A DNA stretch of 11,990 bases from a virus (IMGVR_UViG_2744054628_000002:1-11990); one strand, 5' to 3'; positions 1 to 6,759 are shown, numbered from the stretch's first letter. Notes: generated by a model from the letters alone, not told the origin. Program-made: numbers and translations.

Positions 1-61
1 CAGAGTGGGCGCGAGACGTTACGACAACTGGAAACTAAAACTGGGGCAACAAGATATCTGA
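1..61 (+). CDS. 3' end of an upstream gene (partial, runs off window start); product unknown
   Basis: Open frame from position 2 ending ...RVGARRYDNWKLKLGQQDI, with TGA at 59-61 overlapping the ATG at 61-63 (ATGA-type coupling). Too short to identify. Confidence 0.3.
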   Translation, partial: RVGARRYDNWKLKLGQQDI

Positions 62-357
62 TGAGCGTTCTGGCCAGAGAGCTGGTTGCCAGTGGCGATG
101 TATACAACTCTGGTTACGGGTTATTCCCGTCTGAACAGGCGCGTAAGGACTGGCAAAATGCCCGTAAAAAGCTCTCAAGGGCAAAGCTGAAGAAACCATC
201 TGCGGTTGATCCGGACCTTATCTGGTCATTACCTGATGGAGAAATACGTCGTTACGACAGGCGTCATAATATGATTTGTACTGAGTGTCGTAAAAGCGAA
301 GTTATGCAGCGCATATTGTCGTTTTATCAGGGTGATGTTCGGTATTTATTGAAGTGA
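61..357 (+). CDS. hypothetical small prophage early-region protein, 98 aa
   Basis: ATG 61 to TGA 355-357; start overlaps the upstream stop; basic, Cys-containing C-terminal half (ICTECRK). Family not recognised from sequence alone. Confidence 0.55.
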   Translation: MSVLARELVASGDVYNSGYGLFPSEQARKDWQNARKKLSRAKLKKPSAVDPDLIWSLPDGEIRRYDRRHNMICTECRKSEVMQRILSFYQGDVRYLLK

Positions 358-488
358 CGAGATTAAAGTGCATTAGTTCAGATGCAAATTGACATTTTGT
401 GGCACAGGGTAGAGCTAGCGTGGTTGTCCGCTTTGTGCCAATAGCGGACATTGCTGGCTCATGGTATGTTAGTTTAAGGAGGCAGGTT

Positions 489-1511
489 ATGCCCTGTATT
501 TCGCTGTGGTATAATAGTTGCGCAATTGATACAAGGGAGCGTTACATCGTGAAAATTGTTTTCGAGGTTAATGGAAAGAAAGTTCCACTAAAATCTTTAA
601 AATACATAAGCAAAAAAGATCAACTCGAAGTAATGAAAAACTGGTTCTTTGAAAACTTTGAAGATCCGGCAAATGCTTGTCCGTATGAAAGTAGAGAAGG
701 TGGCTATGCTTACATATATGGCGGGCCGTATGATGCGAGCGAAGAACTACAATCCATCTTCGGTCAATATGTTAAATCTGAGTATATTGAGGAATTAGTA
801 GATGAATTACAAACACAATGTTTTGACTGGTCTGGAAACTCAAATAATATAGATGATTGGTACGATGATGATATCTACGACGCTGTAACGTCTTCCGGTA
901 ATCCGTATTTAAAATTCATTGATAATATCGATAAAATAAAAAAACTTGCAAAAGATAAAACTGAACAACAGCAAAAAAACCACTTGCTTAGTTTGCTCTA
1001 CACGAATGTTATTACAGCTTTGGAAACGCTTTATGTTGAGCTATTCATTAATTCTATAGAGAAAGATGATGTCTACATAGCCAATTGTATAGAAAAAGGT
1101 AAGACTGAATTTAAAGTAAGCAAAGATATTGCTGCGTTGCCTTTCAAGGGTGAACCCATCGAGAAAATTAGGGGAGAGCTAATCAGGTCAATCAAGGAAC
1201 ACTTGATCAGTGCAAGCTGGCATAGCACTAAAAAGGTAATCGACCGCTATGAAGCTACATTCGATATAAAAGTACAAAAAGACTGTCCGATAGAAGCTAT
1301 TGAATTGGCAACCCTCAATCGAAATCACTTAGTGCATCGTGGTGGAAAGGATAAAGAAGGGAACCTCGTTGTGATTACAGACCAGGATCTTGAAACGCTG
1401 ATTGAAAATGCATCGAACCTGGCAATTATGCTCTACAACAGTTTAAATGTAGCAACGAATAAAACCACCATTTTGCAACCAGATGACAAACCGTTCATTC
1501 ATGAATTTTAA
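489..1511 (+). CDS. cassette protein A, unknown function; C-terminal helical region carries an R-x4-H motif (RNHLVH) compatible with a HEPN-type RNase fold. Start ambiguous: ATG 489, GTG 549, or the ORF-track GTG 399
   Basis: Long ORF ending TAA 1509-1511. ATG 489 is preceded by AAGGAGG (476-482) with a 6-nt spacer; in-frame GTG 549 is preceded by AAGGGAG (533-539). AT-rich and N/K/I/Y-rich, unlike flanking phage genes. RNHLVH is encoded at 1320-1337. I recognise no family beyond this motif. Confidence 0.7.
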   Translation: MPCISLWYNSCAIDTRERYIVKIVFEVNGKKVPLKSLKYISKKDQLEVMKNWFFENFEDPANACPYESREGGYAYIYGGPYDASEELQSIFGQYVKSEYIEELVDELQTQCFDWSGNSNNIDDWYDDDIYDAVTSSGNPYLKFIDNIDKIKKLAKDKTEQQQKNHLLSLLYTNVITALETLYVELFINSIEKDDVYIANCIEKGKTEFKVSKDIAALPFKGEPIEKIRGELIRSIKEHLISASWHSTKKVIDRYEATFDIKVQKDCPIEAIELATLNRNHLVHRGGKDKEGNLVVITDQDLETLIENASNLAIMLYNSLNVATNKTTILQPDDKPFIHEF

Positions 1512-1526
1512 TAGCGCAGGTCATAC

Positions 1527-2528
1527 ATGGATATTCGCACACGAAAGACAAAATTTTTAGAGTCGTTAGATTCAACTGAAGTGATACGCAAAGCAGTAAG
1601 TCTCGCTATAGATTGCATTATTGATAATCATAATAGTAATGAAGATACCCCCTTAGTTATTACCAGCTATGATGATCTCTGTAGAATCCAGGTGCTAAAT
1701 TATGTACAGGAGTTTTGCGAAGCTGCATTCCCTGATATGGATGAATATTACTTTAGTCCTAACATACTTCGCATCAACGGCAAGACTAGTGAAGAAGCTT
1801 GTATTAACTTAATTAAACTCTTAAGAAGTACAAAAGGCATGCTATTCTGGTCCGATGCCCCATCGTGGTTCGCTAGCCTCCCCGACGGATTATTCCATGT
1901 TGTTAACATTGATCAAAAAATCGTTACTCGCGGCCTTAATAAGAAAAACTCTAAGCCGACAATAATCAATAAAGATTACAGTGTAGATACACTACTATCA
2001 GAGCTATTTTTGAATGGCGCACACATGGAGCAACCCAACGTACACAACGTTTCTGAGGGAAACATGAAGTTCTATGATGAATGCCATGCTGGATTAATCA
2101 GACCAATACCCGCTCCAATAGGCGCGTCATACGATGAAGAGATCACAATTAATTCTCCAGATTGGCAAAAGCTCGCGTGTGTAGCTTTACGCCGCTATCA
2201 GTCGAAGGAATGTCATGACGGAATGCAATGGGATACAACCGATCATGGTTGGACTGATGTAATCGCGTATCCATTCGTCGAAGAAATACAATCAATGGAT
2301 AATAGTGGTTATCGACAATGTTTAGTTGGGCTGGTCACAATAAACAATTCAAATGCAAATTCTCCGTACCTATCTACCGTTTGGATACATCCATTTTATC
2401 GCAGGAGAGGGTTATTAAGTAAGTTATGGCCAAAATTACAAGAGTTATATGGAAGTAACTTCGAAATTGAGCGACCTAATGAAAATATGAAAGCATTTCT
2501 GAAAAGTGCGAAACACGCAGATTACTAA
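1527..2528 (+). CDS. cassette protein B, 333 aa; unknown N-terminal domain plus C-terminal region with a GNAT-acetyltransferase-like motif A (IHPFYRRRGLLSKLW)
   Basis: ATG 1527 lies 15 nt after the stop of protein A, same strand, implying an operon; stop TAA 2526-2528. The motif at about 2385-2429 resembles the acetyl-CoA-binding V-x-P-x-x-R-x-x-G-x-G/A segment of GNAT enzymes, with L in place of the second G. AT-rich like gene A. Confidence 0.75.
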   Translation: MDIRTRKTKFLESLDSTEVIRKAVSLAIDCIIDNHNSNEDTPLVITSYDDLCRIQVLNYVQEFCEAAFPDMDEYYFSPNILRINGKTSEEACINLIKLLRSTKGMLFWSDAPSWFASLPDGLFHVVNIDQKIVTRGLNKKNSKPTIINKDYSVDTLLSELFLNGAHMEQPNVHNVSEGNMKFYDECHAGLIRPIPAPIGASYDEEITINSPDWQKLACVALRRYQSKECHDGMQWDTTDHGWTDVIAYPFVEEIQSMDNSGYRQCLVGLVTINNSNANSPYLSTVWIHPFYRRRGLLSKLWPKLQELYGSNFEIERPNENMKAFLKSAKHADY

Positions 2529-2941
2529 TTTATGAATCAGTCTGTGGAGTTAGAGTTGGTGTGAACAAGTAGGGTAAGAGCCTCAACGTGATGCTATGCC
2601 GACCTGCTCCCTGAGAATTCACACAGAAGGCTGCTAGCAATGTCTGCAGATCGCTCAAAGCGGACTAGAAGGTTAGCTTGCGTCGGACTTGGCGTATTTA
2701 AAGAAGTGCTGGTGGTGACTGGTTGTTGTGTTCCATTTCTACAGAACAAAATCACAGAAACTATACCCAATAGTTGTATCTCATCAATGATGAGACAGCC
2801 TCATATTTATCAGGACTGGTGTACGTCCAATACAGGAGGTTGTCGTGCTGGTTCTCAAATGTGCGCTGGCTATTGCAGCTGTAATGGCAATTTATTGTCT
2901 TGCTGTTGTTCTTATGGATCGCTTTTCTGATTGATTTTATA

Positions 2942-2970
2942 TTGGCGAGGTAACGGGAGTTAAGTAGAAT
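2942..2970 (+). promoter_or_regulatory. candidate sigma70 promoter for hok mRNA (-35 TTGGCG 2942-2947, 17-nt spacer, -10 TAGAAT 2965-2970)
   Basis: Hexamers and spacing read directly. The predicted start (~2977) falls at GGTGCTTGAGGCTATCTG, which resembles the conserved 5' end of hok-family mRNAs as I recall it (GGCGCTTGAGGCTTTCTG in plasmid R1). Confidence 0.45.
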
Positions 2971-3145
2971 GGCTGCGGGTGCTTGAGGCTATCTGTCTCA
3001 GGCATGAACACCAAAGGCAGATAGAGAAAAGCCCCAGTTAACATTACGCGTCCTGCAAGACGCTTAACATTAATCTGAGGCTCAATCTATGAACGGCAAA
3101 TCTAGGTTAGCCTCTTACGTGCCGAAAGGCAAGGAGAAGCAGGCT

Positions 3146-3301
3146 ATGAAGCAGCAAAAGGCGATGTTAATCGCCCTGATCGTCATCTGTTTAACCGTCA
3201 TAGTGACGGCACTGGTAACGAGGAAAGACCTCTGCGAGGTACGAATCCGAACCGGCCAGACGGAGGTCGCTGTCTTCACAGCTTACGAACCTGAGGAGTA
3301 A
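3146..3301 (+). CDS. hok: Hok-family type I toxin (small membrane host-killing peptide), 51 aa
   Basis: Translation MKQQKAMLIALIVICLTVIVTALVTRKDLCEVRIRTGQTEVAVFTAYEPEE matches the Hok/Gef/RelF(HokD) family as I recall it: single TM helix and conserved C-terminal AVFxAYE. ATG 3146; AAGGAG at 3131-3136. The ORF-track start 3089 is an in-frame upstream ATG. Confidence 0.9.
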   Translation: MKQQKAMLIALIVICLTVIVTALVTRKDLCEVRIRTGQTEVAVFTAYEPEE

Positions 3302-3368
3302 GAGACCAGGCGGGGGAGAATCCCTCGCCACCTCTGATGTGTCAGGCATCCTCAACGCACCCGCACTT

Positions 3369-3395
3369 AACCCGCTTCGGCGGGTTTTGTTTTTT
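3369..3395 (+). terminator. intrinsic terminator at the 3' end of the hok transcript
   Basis: AACCCGC (3369-3375), TTCG loop, GCGGGTT (3380-3386), then TTGTTTTTT. Lies inside the 5' part of ORF-track ORF 3339..3746, arguing that the downstream gene starts later. Confidence 0.7.
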
Positions 3396-3467
3396 CCTAG
3401 CATTCTGGTTTACAATTCGCACGCCAGCCTGAACAACTGGCACCTGCTGCGCCAGCAGAGACAACCG

Positions 3468-3746
3468 ATGGCGCACGATACCAAATTACACAATTCTGAT
3501 GATTCTGCCGTCTTTGCCAGCAGGCACGGGCGGCGTTCCCGCACTTTCAAATCTGACTGGTTCCAGCATCCCCCATGCACTGAAGAACAGGCCGAGTGGC
3601 TAATTCAGTGCTACCGCAGACACGGATACGAGATTAAGAAAGCCCTCAGCCTCGATTATCGTCACTGGATAATCTCCGTCAGGCTTCCTTACTCCGAGCG
3701 CCCACCGCGTCCGTCCCGCACATTCCAGCAACGCATCTGGAGGTAA
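3468..3746 (+). CDS. small basic prophage protein, Rem-like by position (between hok and the DUF968 gene, as rem is in Qin); function unknown
   Basis: First ATG (3468) downstream of the hok terminator in the 3339..3746 frame; stop TAA 3744-3746 sits inside the RBS-start spacer of the next gene. Positional analogy is from memory of the K-12 Qin map. Confidence 0.5.
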   Translation: MAHDTKLHNSDDSAVFASRHGRRSRTFKSDWFQHPPCTEEQAEWLIQCYRRHGYEIKKALSLDYRHWIISVRLPYSERPPRPSRTFQQRIWR

Positions 3747-3747
3747 C

Positions 3748-4797
3748 GTGCGGGTATTACTTCGACCTGTTCTGGTACCGGAACTCGGGCTGGTGATCGT
3801 TAAGCCGGGCCGTGAATCCATGCCGGTATTCCACAATACCCGGGTACTGGTGGAGCCGGAACCGAAAAGCATGCGTAATCTGCCGTCCGGGGTTGTTCCT
3901 GCCGTTCGCCAGCCGCTAGTGGAAGACAAAACATTGCTGCCGTTTTTCAGTAACGCACGGGTGATTCGTGCTGCTGGTGGTGCTGGTGCATTGTCTGACT
4001 GGCTGTTGCGCCATATTAAATCCTGCCAGTGGCCACACGGCGATTATCATCACAGCGAAACCGTCATTCACCGTTATGGTACCGGCGCAATGGTGTTGTG
4101 CTGGCACTGCGACAACCAGCTGCGTGACCAGACATCCGAATCACTCGAGCAACTTGCTCATCAAAACCTGTCAGCATGGATGATTGACGTCATCGGTCAC
4201 GCAATAAGCGGTACGCAGGAGCGTGAATTATCTTTGGCTGAATTATCCTGGTGGGCGGTCCGCAATCAGGTGGCGGACGCGCTACCGGAAGCGGTATTAC
4301 GTCGTTCGCTGGGGTTGCGTGCAGAAAAAATCCGCTCAATGTACCGTGAAAGCGACATCGTACCGGGAGAGCAGACCGCCACCAGCATACTGAAACAGCG
4401 CACAAAAAATCTTGCGCCGCTGCCTCACGCCCACCAGCAACAGAACCCACCACAGGAAAAGACGGTGGTCAGCATTGCCGTTGATCCTGAGTCTCCGGAA
4501 TCTTTCATGAAACGACCTAAACGTCGCCGCTGGGTTAACGAGAAATACACACGCTGGGTGAAGACACAGCCGTGTGCGTGTTGTAGTAAGCCAGCCGACG
4601 ATCCCCATCACCTGATTGGTCATGGTCAGGGCGGAATGGGAACAAAATCCCACGATATTTTCACGCTACCGCTGTGTCGGGAGCATCACAACGAGCTTCA
4701 TGCGGATCCGCTGGCGTTCGAAGAAAAGCATGGTTCTCAGGTTGATTTAATTTTTCGTTTTCTTGATCACGCCTTTGCAACCGGCGTGCTTGGGTAA
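3748..4797 (+). CDS. DUF968/YdfU-like prophage protein with C-terminal Cys/His-rich HNH-like motif, 349 aa
   Basis: GTG 3748 preceded by GGAGG (3739-3743); C-terminus has CACC...HHLIGHGQGGMGTKSHD...CREHHNELH. Size, sequence and position upstream of rusA and Q match YdfU-type proteins as I recall them. Confidence 0.8.
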   Translation: MRVLLRPVLVPELGLVIVKPGRESMPVFHNTRVLVEPEPKSMRNLPSGVVPAVRQPLVEDKTLLPFFSNARVIRAAGGAGALSDWLLRHIKSCQWPHGDYHHSETVIHRYGTGAMVLCWHCDNQLRDQTSESLEQLAHQNLSAWMIDVIGHAISGTQERELSLAELSWWAVRNQVADALPEAVLRRSLGLRAEKIRSMYRESDIVPGEQTATSILKQRTKNLAPLPHAHQQQNPPQEKTVVSIAVDPESPESFMKRPKRRRWVNEKYTRWVKTQPCACCSKPADDPHHLIGHGQGGMGTKSHDIFTLPLCREHHNELHADPLAFEEKHGSQVDLIFRFLDHAFATGVLG

Positions 4798-4809
4798 AAG
4801 GGGTTACTG

Positions 4810-5184
4810 ATGCGTATAGAGTTTGTTTTGCCTTACCCGCCGACGGTGAACACCTACTGGCGACGTCGTGGCAGCACATATTTTGTATCAAAAGCCGGTG
4901 AGCGTTATCGCCGTGATGTGGCGCTTATTGTTCGCCAGCAGCGACTGAAATTAAATCTGTCCGGAAGGCTGGCGATCAGGATTATTGTGGAGCCACCGGA
5001 TAAGCGTCGTCGCGACCTGGACAATATCCTGAAAGCACCGCTGGATGCGCTGACGCATGCGGGAGTGTTAATGGACGATGAGCAGTTTGATGAAATCAAT
5101 ATCGTTCGTGGTCAGCCAGTATCTGGTGGACGTCTGGGGGTGAAGATTTACCCCATAATGCATGAAGAGCAGGTCAAAAAATGA
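4810..5184 (+). CDS. rusA: RusA-family Holliday junction resolvase (endodeoxyribonuclease), 124 aa
   Basis: Conserved RusA signatures: N-terminal PPTVNTYW and catalytic-region RRRDLDN. AAGGGG RBS 4797-4802. Stop TGA 5182-5184 overlaps the Q start. Confidence 0.93.
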   Translation: MRIEFVLPYPPTVNTYWRRRGSTYFVSKAGERYRRDVALIVRQQRLKLNLSGRLAIRIIVEPPDKRRRDLDNILKAPLDALTHAGVLMDDEQFDEINIVRGQPVSGGRLGVKIYPIMHEEQVKK

Positions 5185-6002
5185 AACTGGAAGATTTACC
5201 GAAATACTACTCCCCAAAATCCCCTTGCCTGACCGATGCATCGGCCTCAACGTCAAAAGATGCGCTGAGTATCACTGATGTGATGGCCGCGCAGGGCATG
5301 ACACAGAATCGGGCTGAGATGGGGTTTTCTGCGTTCCTGGGGAAAATGGGCATCAGTATGAATGACAGGGCGCGGGCAACAGAATTACTGGCAGATTATG
5401 CACTCAGTCGGTGCGATCGTGTGGCGGCGTTGAGAAAACTTCCGGCAGAAATAAAACCGGTAGTGATGCGCATTATGGCTTCGTACGCTTTTGAGGATTA
5501 TGCCCGCAGCGCAGCGAGTAAAAAGCAGTGCCCTTGTTGCTATGGGGAAAAATTTATTGAAAGCGTAGTTTTTACAAACAAGGTCCAGTATCCGGATGGT
5601 AAGCCGCCGGTATGGGCAAAGTGTACGAAAGGTGTGTATCCGTCTTACTGGGAAGAATGGAAAAAAGTCAGGGAGGTGGTAAAAGTTGCCTGTCCGGAGT
5701 GTGGCGGAAAGGGTGAGGTTTCCACCGCCTGTAAGGATTGCCGTGGGCGTGGTGTCGCCATTCACCGTGAAGAGTCGGTAAAACGTGGTATGCCTGTTAT
5801 CAGAGACTGCCAGCGTTGTGGTGGTCGTGGCTATGAAAGACTACCATCAACGGAGGTATTTAATGCTATATGCGAGGTGACAAACCAGATAACACGCGCG
5901 TCATGGGAAAAAACAGTTAAGAAATTCTATGATGCGCTGGTGACCCGGTTTGATATTGAAGAAGCATGGGCTGAGCGGCAGTTAAAAAAGGTAACTAGGT
6001 AA
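5181..6002 (+). CDS. Q: late-gene antitermination protein Q (lambda Q family) with an expanded Cys-rich zinc-binding region, 273 aa
   Basis: N-terminus (KYYSPKSP...DVMAAQGM) and C-terminus (SWEKTVKKFYDALV...VTR) parallel lambda Q as recalled; central CPECGGKG, CKDCRGRG and CQRCGGRG repeats. A pR'-like promoter follows immediately. Confidence 0.88.
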   Translation: MKLEDLPKYYSPKSPCLTDASASTSKDALSITDVMAAQGMTQNRAEMGFSAFLGKMGISMNDRARATELLADYALSRCDRVAALRKLPAEIKPVVMRIMASYAFEDYARSAASKKQCPCCYGEKFIESVVFTNKVQYPDGKPPVWAKCTKGVYPSYWEEWKKVREVVKVACPECGGKGEVSTACKDCRGRGVAIHREESVKRGMPVIRDCQRCGGRGYERLPSTEVFNAICEVTNQITRASWEKTVKKFYDALVTRFDIEEAWAERQLKKVTR

Positions 6003-6007
6003 CAAGG

Positions 6008-6047
6008 TTGATTTTTCCGGAATCTGTGGTAAATTCGTCATAACGAT
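6008..6047 (+). promoter_or_regulatory. pR'-like late promoter with qut-like initial transcribed region
   Basis: -35 TTGATT (6008-6013), 16-nt spacer, TGg extension (6027-6029), -10 TAAATT (6030-6035); AACGATGGG at 6042-6050 resembles the lambda pR' pause-inducing element (AACGATGGG) as I recall it. Sits directly after Q. Confidence 0.5.
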
Positions 6048-6082
6048 GGGCGTTTTATGCCTGGCGTTAGAAGAGTTTCTAC

Positions 6083-6106
6083 AACCCGCCGCTGAGCGGG
6101 TTTTTT
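6083..6106 (+). terminator. tR'-like intrinsic terminator downstream of the late promoter
   Basis: AACCCGC (6083-6089), 6-nt loop, GCGGGTT (6096-6102) running into TTTTTT (6101-6106), then ATT. Confidence 0.6.
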
Positions 6107-6145
6107 ATTGCGAAATTAATTACGGACCGTTATTATTCTGCTCCC

Positions 6146-6221
6146 GGCCCTTTAGCTCAGTGGTGAGAGCGAGCGACTCATAATCGCCAGGTCGCTGGTT
6201 CAAATCCAGCAAGGGCCACCA
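6146..6221 (+). tRNA. tRNA with CAT anticodon (Met or lysidine-type Ile2), 76 nt, CCA encoded; probably the ileX/ileZ-like tRNA that lambdoid and Stx phages carry after Q
   Basis: Hand-folded cloverleaf: acceptor GGCCCTT/AAGGGCC, D-arm GCTC-AGTGGTGA-GAGC, anticodon loop CTCATAA (CAT at 6179-6181), T-arm GCTGG-TTCAAAT-CCAGC, discriminator A, CCA 6219-6221. Close to E. coli ileX as recalled. Confidence 0.85.
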
Positions 6222-6321
6222 TCACAAACCGCCATTAGCTTATCAGGAAGAGCAGACGACACGATAACAGGGTTGTTGGTGCGGGGGCGGGTCCCCGATG
6301 GCGGTCCATTATCGGTATTCA

Positions 6322-6366
6322 GCGTTGTTAGCTCAGCCGGACAGAGCAATTGCCTTCTAAGCAGCT
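6322..6366 (+). tRNA. tRNA-Arg(TCT)-like 5' portion (acceptor 5' strand, D-arm, anticodon arm); 3' half degenerate, so probably a tRNA pseudogene or fragment
   Basis: GCGTTGT-TA-GCTCAGCCGGACAGAGC-A-ATTGC-CTTCTAA-GCAGC gives a canonical D-arm and a TCT anticodon loop, but I find no T-arm (GGTTGCACTCC in place of GGTTCGAATCC) and no 3' strand complementary to GCGTTGT. Confidence 0.35.
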
Positions 6367-6731
6367 GTGGTTGCACTCCTGTTGTTTCTGGTGGTGATGG
6401 TGGACTTCAGCAGCCGGATAATGTCGGTGCTGTCTGATGGTGTTTTGGTGGCGGGTGTGTGGTTGTTGCTTTCCCGTTGCTGAAAAAGAAAGCATCAGGC
6501 GATTAGCAGGGTATCAGTTACCCGTTGAAATTTTTAAATACCTCACAATTCCACAGCTTGATGATTGTCTGGCTGCCGGAGAATTTGTTAAAAATTACAT
6601 CGCATGGTGAATCCCCCTGTGCGGAGGGGTAATCAGCGAGTAGGTATATGGGATAATCGCGGATTCAGGTGCTGGTACTGAATTCACCGGGAGGCACCCG
6701 GCACCATGCAATGGCACATAGCGCCACTCTC

Positions 6732-6759
6732 CAGCCCCTCTCCGGAGGGGCTGTTTATA
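6732..6759 (+). terminator. GC-rich hairpin followed by T-rich tract; candidate intrinsic terminator
   Basis: 9-bp stem CAGCCCCTC / GAGGGGCTG with TCCG loop (6732-6753), then TTTATATTGATTTTG. U-tract is interrupted, so strength uncertain. Confidence 0.4.

Noticed and set aside
2640-2930. ORF-track 96-aa Cys-rich ORF between the cassette and the hok promoter
   Set aside because: Implausible composition (runs of C/S/G from T/G-rich DNA), no RBS, and it lies in what looks like the intergenic/promoter region of hok; treated as non-coding.
3089-3145. N-terminal extension of hok from the upstream in-frame ATG (70-aa ORF)
   Set aside because: The conserved Hok peptide starts at ATG 3146 with its own RBS; the extension may act as a mok-like coupling frame but is not annotated as a separate protein.
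3191-3403. 70-aa - strand ORF antisense to hok
   Set aside because: Overlaps the hok coding region and terminator on the opposite strand with no RBS; the real antisense product expected here is a short Sok RNA, not a protein.
3339-3467. 5' extension of the Rem-like ORF back to 3339
   Set aside because: This stretch contains the hok transcript terminator hairpin and U-tract; translation more likely begins at ATG 3468.
3600-4891. Overlapping ORFs within the Rem-like and DUF968 genes (- strand 3600..3929, 3916..4107, 4190..4453, 4336..4653, 4661..4891; + strand 3968..4183)
   Set aside because: All lie inside or antisense to well-supported + strand genes and have unusual Arg/Cys/Trp-rich compositions typical of out-of-frame reading of GC-rich coding DNA.
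4905-5765. - strand ORFs 4905..5099, 5068..5256 and 5385..5765 opposite rusA and Q
   Set aside because: Antisense to conserved genes, no RBS, low-complexity translations.
6222-6321. Search for a third tRNA between the two tRNA-like sequences
   Set aside because: No D-arm, anticodon arm or T-arm pattern found by eye; the GGGGGCGGGTCCCC stretch does not fold as a tRNA.
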